This document shows, piece after piece, positions 36,290 through 48,671 of a DNA stretch of 64,000 nucleotides. The notes under the pieces are model-generated. The model worked only from the letters and a program-made list of their open reading frames with translations, made no database searches and was not told the DNA's origin. The stretch is taken from assembly GCA_030704615.1 (NCBI GenBank), contig CM060733.1, forward strand, positions 67,022,001 through 67,086,000, read 5' to 3'. Each line of letters opens with the position of its first letter. Positions within the stretch are counted from its first letter, which is position 1. The DNA comes from Takakia lepidozioides (Eukaryota; Plantae; Bryophyta). Position numbers and translations under genes: made by a program.

Positions 36290-38343
36290 CCTGATTTGTT
36301 TGTGAAACATCAAACTGTAGAGAATCAGGAAGAACAGCAGCAGGTTCTCCATGACGACCCACAGCAGGCCATGCTTATGAGTTCCATAAGCAGGACTCTC
36401 AACCTATTGGGCACCTACATCAAGACTCATGTTCCTTCCACTCAATTGGTAGCATTGTGGGAGGAGCTCAAGCAAGAGCTTGAGGTAAGAATTGCCACTG
36501 AGTGTGCAAACAGGGTGGATGTGGAGGCCAACCTCAAGTTGCAGAAAGAGTTGGAGGACACTAAAACTGCCCTACAGCTTGCGAAGGAAGATTTAATTGA
36601 AGCAGGTCTTGAGCAAGAGAAGTTGCATGAAGTGCATAAGCAGCAACTATAGTAGATACAGATTCAGCATGAGGGCAAGTTGCATGAAGTGAAGTTGCTT
36701 CATACAGAATTGGAAGCAGTCCATCAGAAAATGATCATACAGTGTGCCACACTAACGACTAATCTGGAGATGGCTATACTGGAAATCAAGAACCATGCTG
36801 AGAGATGTATAACGGCGAAGACAGAGTCAATGGAGCAGGGGAAACTCATTGCTGACATGAAATCTACTATCTGTCGCAATGAGGATACCATTCAGCAGTT
36901 CCACCAAGTTGATATCCAGAAGGACAGATACATCTTTGAGTTGTAGCAAACCAGCACAGTACGGGACAATGAACTTTCTGTGAATGAAAAAGCTTGGAAA
37001 TGAGCCAATAATCTGTCAGCTGCCTATGCAGCTCTAGTTGAGCCTCATGTGAAGTGCATGGAGAATTTACAACAGCAGTTGGAAGCATACCGGCTCAAGG
37101 AGGAGCAAGATCTCCGTGGTGTTACACAGGACTTGGTGGATAATCATATTTTGCAAGAGTGGTTAACACAAGGGCCAGTGGAAGGGAAAGCACCAAGAAA
37201 GCTCACCCAAGACGAGATGAATGATCTCAGGCTACAGGTGCAGAACATTGCCACAACCACTATAGACAATGTCTATAGTCGGATAGCTGAATTACAGGAG
37301 GATGTAGAAGGGCTGCAGACTCAAGTGGATGACTTGAGCTCCAACATTGACAAAAGAGCCTTTGTTCCTGAGGAACAGCTCATGGCTACTTATTTGCACG
37401 CAAGGACTTTGATTTTCCAACCTTCAGCACAGGAAGTGCATGACTTGCCAACATCAGGAGGGACTGTGGCAACAACATCACAACAACCACGCCAGGACGA
37501 CAGTGTTGATACCATGGCACTGCAGCAATCACTGTCTGAGGTTTGGGGTGATGCTTCTTTTAACCCACCTACTACTCCTACTGCACTTGAATACAATCGG
37601 GCTATGATTCTACCCTTCAACCAAAATCCCATTGTTATGGATTTGGCTTGGAAAGAATTCAGTCCTCCAGAGTCTTTGGCACACTATTACCAGATTATGC
37701 GCATTTGGTTGCCAGTGGCAATTCGGACTAAAGTTCTTCCAACGGACAGACCCATTGAAGATCACCATTTTGCGCGATACTAGTCTGAGGCAGGAACCAT
37801 GCTGAAGGAATTAATTGCCTTCCAGATTGTTCATGGATTCATTTACACCAAGCCAAGGGTACCTAGTTTGGTCATGGGTTGTGGACTGTATTATGCTGCT
37901 TGTTTTATTTCACTCTATTACATTGAGCAGCAGAAGATGCAGATGAGATTTCAGACTTATTCCAGTGGGGAGCATTGGATGTTACCTTCAGTTCCACCAC
38001 ATACATATATGTATGAGGTCATCTGCTTCAAAAGGATCCCCAACTCCGTTCTTGGTTTACTTTTGCTCTGGAGAACTTGACCAAGGAGAACTTGGGTCTT
38101 GACCACATTTTTCCCAAGGGGCATGAAGCCAGGAAGTGGCTGCACTTCTCCAAAGTCATTGGCACACCACTCAGCTATACAGATGATGAGCTGCGGGCAT
38201 ACACTAATCTTGCCCGCAAGAGGTTGACACAAGTCTTACAATATAAGCTTCCAGACATGGTGGGCATACATTGTATGCCAGTCAGGATTTCTGCGAAGCC
38301 ACCGAAGGACAGGAAACATTACGGCCAACGGGGGGGAAGATGA
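36290..38343 (+). mobile_element. Degenerate coiled-coil accessory ORF upstream of a PPT and 3' LTR
   Basis: Chain of ORFs broken by stops (36239, 36680, 37049, 37799, then 38077); E/Q/L/K-rich; followed by PPT and LTR. Confidence 0.6.
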
Positions 38344-38598
38344 TTCGAATACTACTGGTTCTATGGACGGGAATTTTGACATGGCTGAGGATTATGGGAT
38401 ACAAATGGCGGAGAAGAAATGACGGGGATCTCCTATGCCTGAAAAGTTACCTCCATATCAGCCTAAGGCAGGACAGTCAGATCCATCTAGTCGATAGTCA
38501 TCCCCACTAGCCCTCCGAGGGACTCTCACCGGTAGAAGGGTGTTCGTTCACAGAGGTTTGCTGATCCTAAGCAGTAAACCGTGAGGACAAGGCTTTTT

Positions 38599-38615
38599 GA
38601 GAGGGTGAGGGATAA
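38599..38615 (+). promoter_or_regulatory. Polypurine tract
   Basis: gagagggtgagggataa immediately before TGTTAG. Confidence 0.75.
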
Positions 38616-39544
38616 TGTTAGAGGGCTGTCTGGGACTTAGACAGTTTTACGGGTTTTGTGGGGTACCCCTAATTTTGCGCAGACTTACGAATGGTAGGCT
38701 CAGACCAACAGAGGCCTTAGGGGTGACAGACACAGGCCTTAGGGATGGTAGACAAGCTCACATAGTTAGTCACAGGCTTACACAGCCTATCACAGTCAGT
38801 CACAGCCTTACATAGTCTGTCACAGCTTGACACAACCTGACACAACTTGTCACAGCCTTACACAGCCTGACACAACTTGTCACAGCCTGACACAGCCTTA
38901 CACAACCTATCACAGCCTATCATAGTCAGTCACAGCCTATCACAATCTATCACAGCCCGACACAGCCCGACACAGCCAGTCACAGCTCGACATAGTCACA
39001 ACCCGACACAGCTTCACATAGCCAGTCACAGTCTGACACAGCTTGGCATAGCCCGTTATAGCGTTCACATGGAATGGTTATCATTGGCAGAGAACGACTG
39101 TGTGGGAACGACATCTGCAGAGGGAACGTGCATTCTGTTTTGGATGACAGTTAGTTAGTTTGGCGGTTAGAACAGCTTGCAGGTAGAATAGGCAGAGTAG
39201 CGACATTGAGGGCGTCACTTCTGGGATCACTTCTTGGACATCACTTGAGGAGATCAGGCAGAGAGCACGATCTTGCAGCACAGGGATGGAGATTACACAG
39301 AGGAGGAGATACGATGAGATGATGCTTGATTCATGCAAGCTGTAGAGATGCACTGTAGAGCAGATTAAAGACACCATAGCTTCGGCCTGATACATGATAG
39401 ATATTAATATGATTCCATTTCATACTCACACCGTGTAGAGAGATATGAGTGAAGCTGTGGAATGAATGCTTGAGTAGTTGGAACATGATAGATTGCAAAA
39501 GCAATCTGATATTTAATCATAGACAGTAAGGTAAATTGCTAACA
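38616..39544 (+). mobile_element. 3' LTR (TGTTAG...CTAACA) with an internal ~10-bp cacagcctga microarray (~38760-39050)
   Basis: 6-bp terminal inverted repeat; PPT adjacent. Confidence 0.8.
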
Positions 39545-39689
39545 TAAATGCAAGAAGGAATACAAATAGGAAGCACCCCCATGATACACTACTTGTAGGT
39601 CATGACTGATTGTTCTGAGCGGGCTAAGTACTTAGAGATTTCCAACTCTTCTATCTTGGAGTTTCCACCTCGGATAGCTAGGGGATGGG

Positions 39690-42600
39690 TGAGTAAAAGC
39701 CGCTCGGCAGATGTTGGTTGGAAGTGCTTTAGGAAGGTGACTATGTTATTGTAGGGGAGTGGGGATAAAATTCTAGATTGCGGCGGTGGAACATGTATGG
39801 GTGGAATAGGTCTAAAGGGGATGAGGGATGGTGGGATGGTTACTGAAACGGGATAATGGTCTGAATTACATAAACTATTAATGTGCACATGATTGTTAAG
39901 GTAAGTTGGGATGTCATTCTGTGTTTGAGGTAGAAGCCGTCAAGAAGGCTTAAGGATGAGTAGTTGAGTCCACCTTGTCTGGAATAATGGTGATTGACGG
40001 GTATATAACGGAGGTGGTGTGATTGAGTAAATTTGGCCCATTCGTGGTCTGCGCGGGATGAAGTTTTGTGTATACCGTTGTATGTGTGACCCATGAGGGC
40101 AATGTCCCTGTTGAAATCGCCTGCTAGAATGTAGTGCTGGGAGTGGATGAAGGATTGGGTTAGTGTGTTGGAGATGGTGAGTAGGATATCAGGGATCAGG
40201 GGGAGATCTTCGGCGTGTGAGGGCATGTACAAGTGTATAAAGATAATGGGGGGGGGGGGGGGGGAGCGCGGGGAGGTGTAATTTGATGATTTGAAGGGTT
40301 GATCGGAGGGGGAGAGCGACAGGTATTTTGACCGTGGTGCTAGGGGAGTGATGTGTGCGGAGGATACCAAAAGCCACCCCGCCCCGAGTAGGATGGTATG
40401 GCACGGAACGTCTAGTTAGGCACTGTGCGGCTGTGAATGAATTACCATACAACAATATAGTAGGCTGGAAGGAGTTTGTTGATATAGGAACTATTGGGGG
40501 TTGTGTGTGTTGAGTTTAGTTTATTGTAATAGGATGATATGCGGGGGTGTAGAATCCGTGAGATGGATAAGGCTTTGAATGCTGGTGGCAAGTGATCCTA
40601 CATTCCAAGTAAGTATGTTGAGTGGGGGATTGCAAATGCATGAGCGGTGAGCGCATGAGCATGAGCGGACTTTTCTGAACCTCCCCCGAACCTACACCGA
40701 ACCACCCTAAAAACAAAAAACGGACCTCTCGGGAGTCCCCTGTGTGGATGTTGATGTACATAAACTGCATTATTTTAAACTTGGTAAGAGGCAACGGAAA
40801 TAGGGGATAAAATGTCTATATCCGTGCCCCAATCTTGGGTGTTATAGTCGCCACGGACTATAATACAGCATACGAAATAGGGGGAAAGAACATCTTCGAA
40901 TGGGTTCCATTGCAATGTGACGAATGCCACCGACTATGTGATCCCATATGAGATAACAACCTTTACAAAATTATCAACTAGGTAGATGAGCGAAGGTTGT
41001 GTATAGTCGGCACCGACTATAGTTTTTTAATAGTTTATTTTTTTTTTTTATTTTTTATTTTTTAATATTTTTCCGGCACTGACAATAGTCGGCCACAAGG
41101 TCGGCCGGCTCGGCCGGACCACGGTAATAGAAAACGGGCCTATTTCCGCGGTAGCCGCTTTCCATCCGTCCGAGCATTATTATGTTATAATCGGCACCGA
41201 CTACCTAACTCTCATAGCACTGTTGTGCTATAATCAGCACCGACTACTCAGGTTCGGTAACTGCCAAACCTATATTTTTTGATCCGAACCTAAGGTCGAA
41301 GCCAATGATAATGGAGAACTTGGCACTTTTTTACCTCCACAAAGGATAAATTTGGCAAAAAATCCATAAAATATGTTACGCTCATGCTTATTTCTGCTCA
41401 TGCTCATGCTTAATCCTGCTCACCGCTCATACAACATCCGCACCCTGTTGAGTGCATGTGTTTGCTGGGAGGAGGAGGTGTGTGGGGAACTGTGGGATCT
41501 AGGAGGTGTTGGAGGTGGGTCACTGGTGGAGCTGGGCACGCAGGAGGGGGTGGTGGATGGCGGTGTCATGGACGGAGGTTGATATCCAGGGATGTCTGTC
41601 TTGGCTTGAAGGGTTGAAGTGAGAATTTTTTTGGAGAGGATTGGGAATTTGTTGGCGATAGTATCTAGCTCATGTATGGGTGTGCTAGGTGTTCGCCGAG
41701 AATCCTATGGACTTCTCCGGGCTTGGCTTGTAGTAGGCCGAGGGATTCGTGGAGGTTGTGTAGGTAGTATAGGGGTGCTAGATATCTGTGAGGTAGTGAG
41801 GGTAAATCATGCAGTTGTTATAGTAGTGAACAAATATGTGTGTCTGGTTGGGTTCGAAAGTAGTCATTGCATATTGAGGGTATTGGGGAGATGATGATGA
41901 TTAGTGAGAATAGGAGGTGTTGTATGGGGTATGTACTAAGTTTACGGGTGGCCCTGACTAGAGATGGGTGTTGGCAGGCAGGGAGCCCAAAGGTGGCAAT
42001 TGGGTGTGTGGGTTTGCGGTGATTGGTGGGAGGGCTGGGGAGAAAGAAGAGAGTGGGCCACTAAGGTGTTGATATGCAAGTACGAGTGAGGACAGTGTCT
42101 GTTTGGAAATATAGTGCATATCTGTCTTTATGGTCCTTTGAAAGCTTGTTGATGATGCTAGTGATGGTAGAGGGGCCTGGGTTTGGGTGGATGTCACCGC
42201 ATCTAAGGAGGATGAGGTCAGTACATGTGTCTGTATAAGCGGTGTTGCTTGAGGGGGGATGATGGTAGTAATGCCTGGATTTTAGGGGGTTATAATGGCG
42301 GGTACCATGTGGATGAACCGCTTGTGTAAGGGGTTCAAAGTGTATTTGGTAGGGTGTTGTAGAAAGGTGGGAGTGAGAGAGATGTGGCCGGATTGTGTGG
42401 ATAGAAGCATTGGGGGTTATGGAAGTGGAACTAGTGGGCAATGAGTGTGCGGGGGGGTCAATCCTAGGGTTATGAAGTTGGTGGGAGGGAGTGGGGAGGG
42501 GTATAACATTTAAGCAATAATGGGAGATGGGGGTAGTTATAATTTTGGTAAGTGGGCTATTATTACATTTTGGTATTAGTGAAGGAGTAGTTTTGAGGTG

Positions 42601-44712
42601 GAGGGAGTGGGGATGAGAAGGGGGGGATAGGTATAGGAATACGAAGAGGTATGGGACGTGTAGCGATTTTGAGCCATCGGAGGAACAAGGGGTGGGATAT
42701 ATGAGGGTACATGTGTGTATTATATTTAGTGGTATTATGGATAGCCCTGGATGTAGTATAGTCCCTGCTATGTAATTATGAGTATTATGGGTGTAGGGTA
42801 TGTGTGTGTGAAAAGGGGGGGGTAACTGGGGAGCGGGGAGGTGTAGGTAGGTCATAAGAGGGGTAGTGAGGGGGTATTTGGAGGGTACAGGGTTTGAAAA
42901 GTATATGGGGAAGTGGGTCTGTTATGTGTTTATGGGAATTTATATAATACTTAACTTGGAACATAGGATAGTTGTGAGGAGAGCTTGGGAGCTGAAAAAT
43001 AGACTAGAGGTTTCGGAATGTACCGGAATTGTTGGGAGAGGCCGGCATACACACCGCCATGTGAATAAGATTTGGTTGTAAGTGTAAGCTTTGTAAAGTT
43101 TGTGAGAAATTAGCAACGAGGTACGGGCAAATTGGTGGAATTTTTTGTCCGAGATATATATGTGAGTAGATTTTGTATACAGATTGTTGGGGGGGGGGGG
43201 GGAGGGTTGAGATAATGTAGCATGGCTGAGTCAAATATGGGTGGGTCCTCGGTGAGAATATGGAGGTATGATGATGAATTGAACAAGATCTTGAAATAGC
43301 ACATTGTAATGATAGAGTAGGCGTGTCATATTGGGCATGTAATTGAGCATGTAGATAGTATGTGTTTGTAGAGCAAAAGTGTGAGGAAATAGTATGAGGA
43401 GATAGTGTGAGGAAATGTGAGAAAATAGTGTGAGAATAGTGTGATGGGTCTGCGCCAGAAGTTGGCATGGGGCATACCCCATGTTGGTAGATGAAAAAAT
43501 TATCGTCATAGAATGTGAATTGGGGATCAAAGGTAGTGACATACATTGGAATGGCATGTGAGTCATGACCATGAGAAAATACCGATAGGGTAGTGTGTAC
43601 AGTAGTAATAGTGAGTGAGCAGTATAGACTGTCAGAAATAGAAAGTACAGAAGCAAAAACATTGGGAGTAGCCCGGGGACCGGCATTCCAGGTAGGAGTT
43701 GAGCTGAATTGTGTGAAGCAGGTTTTGCCATTGAAATAGTGTTGGCCGATTTGGTCTAACTGCCTGTGAGCAGTGGGGAGGTAATTGGCGCTCCAATTCT
43801 GCGCATTGCGAGGTTCCAATATGTTAGAGTTGTAAACAAGCAATAGTAGGGAAGTGCTAGATAGAGCTGGAGTAGGAACAGTCAGGAGAAAGTACAGTAA
43901 GACTATGAGCGCGTGGAGGCGTGCAACAATTGCAGGATGATGTAAGCCAGTATTTGGGGAGCTGCTCCGTGCCTGCCAGAGTACAAAACTGCTGGAGGGG
44001 TAGAAACAAGCATTTAGTAACCAGGGTAGAGTCCAGAGGTGATGACAGCTCGTAGTGATAGAAGATAGCCAAGTACAGTGAACAATTGAAAGCATGAGAG
44101 ATTTAGTAAAGTGGATATGCATGCTAGAGGCCATGACAAGTAGCATCTGACCTTGTAGTAATATGTCATATTTACCATAAGACAGTGCGATAGTGATTGG
44201 GAACAAATTTTAGTAATAATCATAAGCCACCGATCCTGGGTAGGAATAGATTGTCTCAGTCTTGGGAGAACATGGTGTGCATGAGAAGAAATGCTACTGT
44301 TAAGGAAGCAGAGAAGTTGTTTGGAATTCAGATCCTGAGGAGCTAGGGGTGAAGGATGAGTGACATACCAGGTCATGAGTGACGATGTACACTGAGCATT
44401 AGAGGGATGCAGAGGGGGAGAGGCTAGTACCGTGCAGCAGGTAGGTAGGAGGTTGAGGAGTGAGCTAGCATAATTGGGTAGCAGTTGCCTTTGGCTTGGA
44501 CTCCTCATAAATAACTTTGTTGAGGGGGAGTTATAAGCTGCAAACAGCGGGGGTAGGCTTGAAAATCTGCACATCAAACTTAGAAGACAGGTATTGTTAT
44601 CCCGTTGAGCCGTAAAGTATCCCTGACCAGTTCTGAACATAGGTTGCTTGAAAAGAAGACGAGGAACATTTAGATGTGACGGAACCCCTGCCACATAGTA
44701 ATTATGCTTCAT
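39690..44712 (-). mobile_element. Degenerate LINE 5' half: long N-terminal region, 2A-like motif and AP endonuclease; RT missing
   Basis: APE motifs ILTWNV (~40617), HIILLQ*TK, HLYMP, LAGDFN, LLDGF, SDHYPV; LLRCGDIHPNPGP at 42172-42210; uniform strand bias across the span. Confidence 0.8.
40625..41447. mobile_element. Non-autonomous hAT-like insertion into the LINE
   Basis: Flanking direct repeat ttgagtg (40618-40624 and 41448-41454); inverted atgagcggtgagc subterminal motifs; right end CAGGGTGC on the minus strand. Confidence 0.7.
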
Positions 44713-45459
44713 GTATGTAGCAAAAATAGGGGGGGGGGGGGCACTACCTGGTTTGCTTGGATAGTGAGTCCGTTAGATTGGCCACTGGTCTATTGATCCG
44801 CACATACCTGAAGTTGCTGGAGGAGATACCACAGTGGAATGCCGCGAGGCCATGTTGAAAAACACAAGGAGGGAGCTGATGTAATGATGAAGATAGGCCA
44901 TCGGGAACGTGGATAGCGTGGTGTTTCCAGATACGGAACTCTGCCATGGTTGTCGCATCAGATGGCACAACAACTTTTTCCGACAACTGAACTGGCACAA
45001 GCCTGGGATGCTGAAAGGTGGGACAGCAGGTCGCTTCTTCGGTAATTCAGCCAACTCAGAGTCTGTCACAATGACCAGTATGATCAGCTTACAAGATCCC
45101 ATGTATGAGGGTTGTCGACTGAGGGAGCAGTCTTTGAGCGCATGACTTCATACTGAAGAACACCGGTGGTCGCTTCTGCACGACGCTGCAAGCATTTATC
45201 TCCGGAGTTGTAGATAGCGAAGAGTTTGAAGGCAGCTCGCAGTGTAAACTTTGTGATCGCTGAGCAGGGGCAAGCATGTGCTTGAAAACAAGACGATGAT
45301 GAGATGGAAGACGTGACCTGTGCTGTCGCATGAATGCTTGGGATGCGAGTTGCTGGGCATCCAGAGTAACAAGCTGTGGGCTCGACCATTTGAGCATATG
45401 GAGTGCACCATAGCAGCGAGCACTTTCCGTGTAGGGGCGTGTCATCAAGTATATCTGTC

Positions 45460-45655
45460 CTACCTGTCCACGAGGGCGCTGTTCAGATCTATATTTGGTG
45501 CAATTCCAGCCCTCATGATGTCAGCATGGACCTGCCTGCCCCTTGCAAAAGATGCAAGGCTGGTGCATGCTTTGCAAACTGACACGAACACGACCTGGCC
45601 GGGCTTCACACTTTCCCACATCACCAGATGCATCTCCAGAGCCTGCATTCCCAGA
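45460..45655 (-). pseudogene. PPR (P-L) fragment in frame with the retroelement ORF
   Basis: GMQALEMHLVMWESVKPGQVVFVSVCKACTSLASFARGRQVHADIMRAGIAPNIDLNSALVD. Confidence 0.8.
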
Positions 45656-48600
45656 TCACATCCCAGTCTCATATTGAGTACTAAACACTTGCCAACTACT
45701 GACCCAGCCATGGTGATATGCTCAGTCATGTCTGACTTAGCATCAACTACCTTGCCTTCATGGCAATCCATTGGTGCAAAATTCTGGTTGCCTTCGGACA
45801 ATATCACCTCATTTCTCAAATGTCCACTGCACATGGACAACTTTGATCCCTCCATCATGATCAGGTCATACTTTCCTGGTTTGCATGTCCTCTTGGCAGC
45901 CCCCAAGCCCTTGGTTGGAAAACCTAATTGTGGGTGTTTGATGGCACCACCCCTGGTGATTAATCTTTCACCACCATAAAATGCCACTTGCCATTTTGAT
46001 ATGCCCTTCAGGCTTCGCAAGGTTGCATCTTGCAGGGTTTCATGTTCCCTGACTTTGCCTTGTTTGTTTCTCAAACACATTGGTCTCCTCTGGTCTGCAA
46101 TCTGTCTGGATGCCTTGCCATATTCCCTGAATTGCAGCACCACCTCCCAAAAACCTTCCATGTCCTCCTCCTTCTCAAGATCAGGAGGTTTCCTTGGCAC
46201 GTCATAGTGATCCATGTCAATCAGGTTTCCTGTGCACACGAGCATCCCTTCCCTCCTTCTTGTCCTCAGCCATCACCTCAAACTGTGACAGAAAATTTGA
46301 TATCAGATCTGTGTTGTTCAGTTTGTCACCCCAATTGCTCAGTTGGTGCTCCCGTGGTCTTATGTCTACATTGAGCACCTGACCAGCTTGGGTGACCCTC
46401 ATGGTTTGGCTGCTTGTCAATACTGTCCCAAGTCTATGACCAAAGCTGATGTGATAATCCCCAAGGTCCAGCTGAAACCTTTCTCGCTCTTGTTGTTTCC
46501 ATCCCATCTTTTGGCTGTTGCTATTGCAAACCAGCTGACCTGATTCTTCCTTTACTGATGTGGTCTGATCACTGCCTCTGAACAGGCCAGGCTCTTCCCT
46601 CCACCTCTCAGCTTCTTGAATCAGAGATACCTGCAATGACTTAGTGGGTGTTGTCCAAGCTCTCCATTCCTTGAAAGATTTGTGATTCTCCTCATCATGG
46701 GCAGCCTGATTGTGGTGTTGTGCCTTACTATATGATGGGCAATATGCATCACTTGGCCACTTGGGATTCGTATAGTCATTGGTGGCTTCAGGGGACTGGC
46801 TGGCTTGTTCTTTATCATCCAGGCTATCAGTCTTGGTTCCCTGCTCCTCCTCCAGATCCTCTGAGCTCTCTGTGCACCGCTCTCCTTCTATTGAAGATGG
46901 GTGTTTGTTCAGACTTCTGAATGTACCAAGGACAAGATTGATCACTTCAAACAGAATTTGTCCTATATTCACCATCTGAAAAATTGCAGCAAACCTCCTC
47001 CACTGTTGAGTGGTTGGTTTATCTGCTGGTTCTTGGCAAAGGCCTACTCCAAGGTCATTTTCTTCGTGACGAATCCCTTTCAGTCAACACCCTGTTGACT
47101 CTCTCCATTTGGTCAGCCTTGGCTTGATCAGCAATAAGGCAAACTCCTTCTTCCCCGAGCTGTATCTCTTTAGGAGGTTCCATAACTGATCGTGGCTTCC
47201 TTGTGCTTCGGATTAAGCATAAATGTAACCAAAATTTTGAGACAACCCAACCTTTCTGCTGAACAACATCCAGATCTCTTATCTCCTTTTCTATGGGTGG
47301 GATTTCAGGTCTCCTTACATCTACATCTGTGATCTCAAGAGCTGGACAGCCACTCTGGTTTGTGGCATGAACTGGTGATGTCTGCGGACTCACATCTGAT
47401 CCTAAGTTGTAATGCAATTTGATGTCTCTTGTGCATTGTACCAACCTCCCCTTGAGTGCAGCATCCTTCTTGTCATCATTCCCAGGTGTTGCATTGGTTG
47501 TATGGCCTTCCTTGCTTGAGTGTTCAGAACTTTCGATGCAGACAGGTGCATTGCCCCGCATTGTCTTGTATTGAGCATATGCCACTTCCTCTGCTCCCAA
47601 TTGGTGTCCACATGTGTGTCTCTCTGTACACTCCACATGACCCTTCTTGGTTGAACAAAAGACAGTGACCTGCCCATATACATGGCCTTGGTAGCCCATG
47701 GAACCTTCCTACCTCTGAATTCTTCCTCTCTCACTAAGCTTTGTCCACACGACCCTTGCAAGCTGCTGTTGACGGCATCAAGATGCTTGAATACTGGTGT
47801 GGCAGTACAATGGTGGTCAAGATCACTCCCTTTTACTGACTCTAGCTTGGTTTCAGAGTTTTCCCGCAGGACTTGCTCTGCCATCAAGCGTGCATCCTGC
47901 CAACTTGATTCCAGAGGCATCTTATCAACCTTCTCAAGCCCTCTTTCTAGATCACTAACTATTTCAAGCGCTTCATTCATATCCGCAAATGTCCTCCCCA
48001 AGAGTATTGTTACAATCTCAGGTTTCAATCCTTTCACAAATCTCCTCTTTCGCTCAATGTCAGAAACTTGAGCTTTGCAACACCAACCATTCAATCTGTC
48101 AAAGTACTTCCTTACATCCTCTTTGTCATCTTGTTTTATACTGTCCACCATCCCCCTGGTTTCAGCCTATACATGATCCTCTCCGAACTTTAGGATGACT
48201 GCACTCTGAAACTTCCACCAGTTGTTGAGTTTAGGGTTCTGCATCTTATACCAAGTGTCTGCTTGTGCTTTAAGATTCGGCCTTGCCAAAGACAAGAGCT
48301 TGTCTTCTCCAAAGCCCCGGAGCTCTCCTTCCAAGTATAGTTCCTTGATCCAGCGATGAACATCCTCATTACTCCTCCCTGCAAATGGACTATCCAGTCG
48401 ACCCCCATTTGCTCGTCATTGCATCCAACATGATTATGGCATTCTCTCACAGGTTGCTGCAAGTGCTTGCACTTTGCCCAAACTCCCATTCTTCAGACCA
48501 TCATGCTTGCTGTTTCCCCCAGCCCTTTAACTCACTCCCAAGATTATTCTAGGACCATGGAAGGTGCACCCTTGGCTGAACCAATGTCTTGGTGCATTAA

Positions 48601-48659
48601 CTTCTCTCAAACTCCCTAATGACTTTACCATAAAAGAAACTCGGTCCTTTGACCATCTA

Positions 48660-48671
48660 GCTCTGATACCA
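48660..48671 (-). promoter_or_regulatory. Primer-binding site (tRNA-iMet)
   Basis: Reverse complement of gctctgatacca is TGGTATCAGAGC. Confidence 0.9.

Noticed and set aside
44744-45448. Possible DIRS or other element ORFs
   Set aside because: No RT, RNase H or tyrosine-recombinase motifs could be identified.
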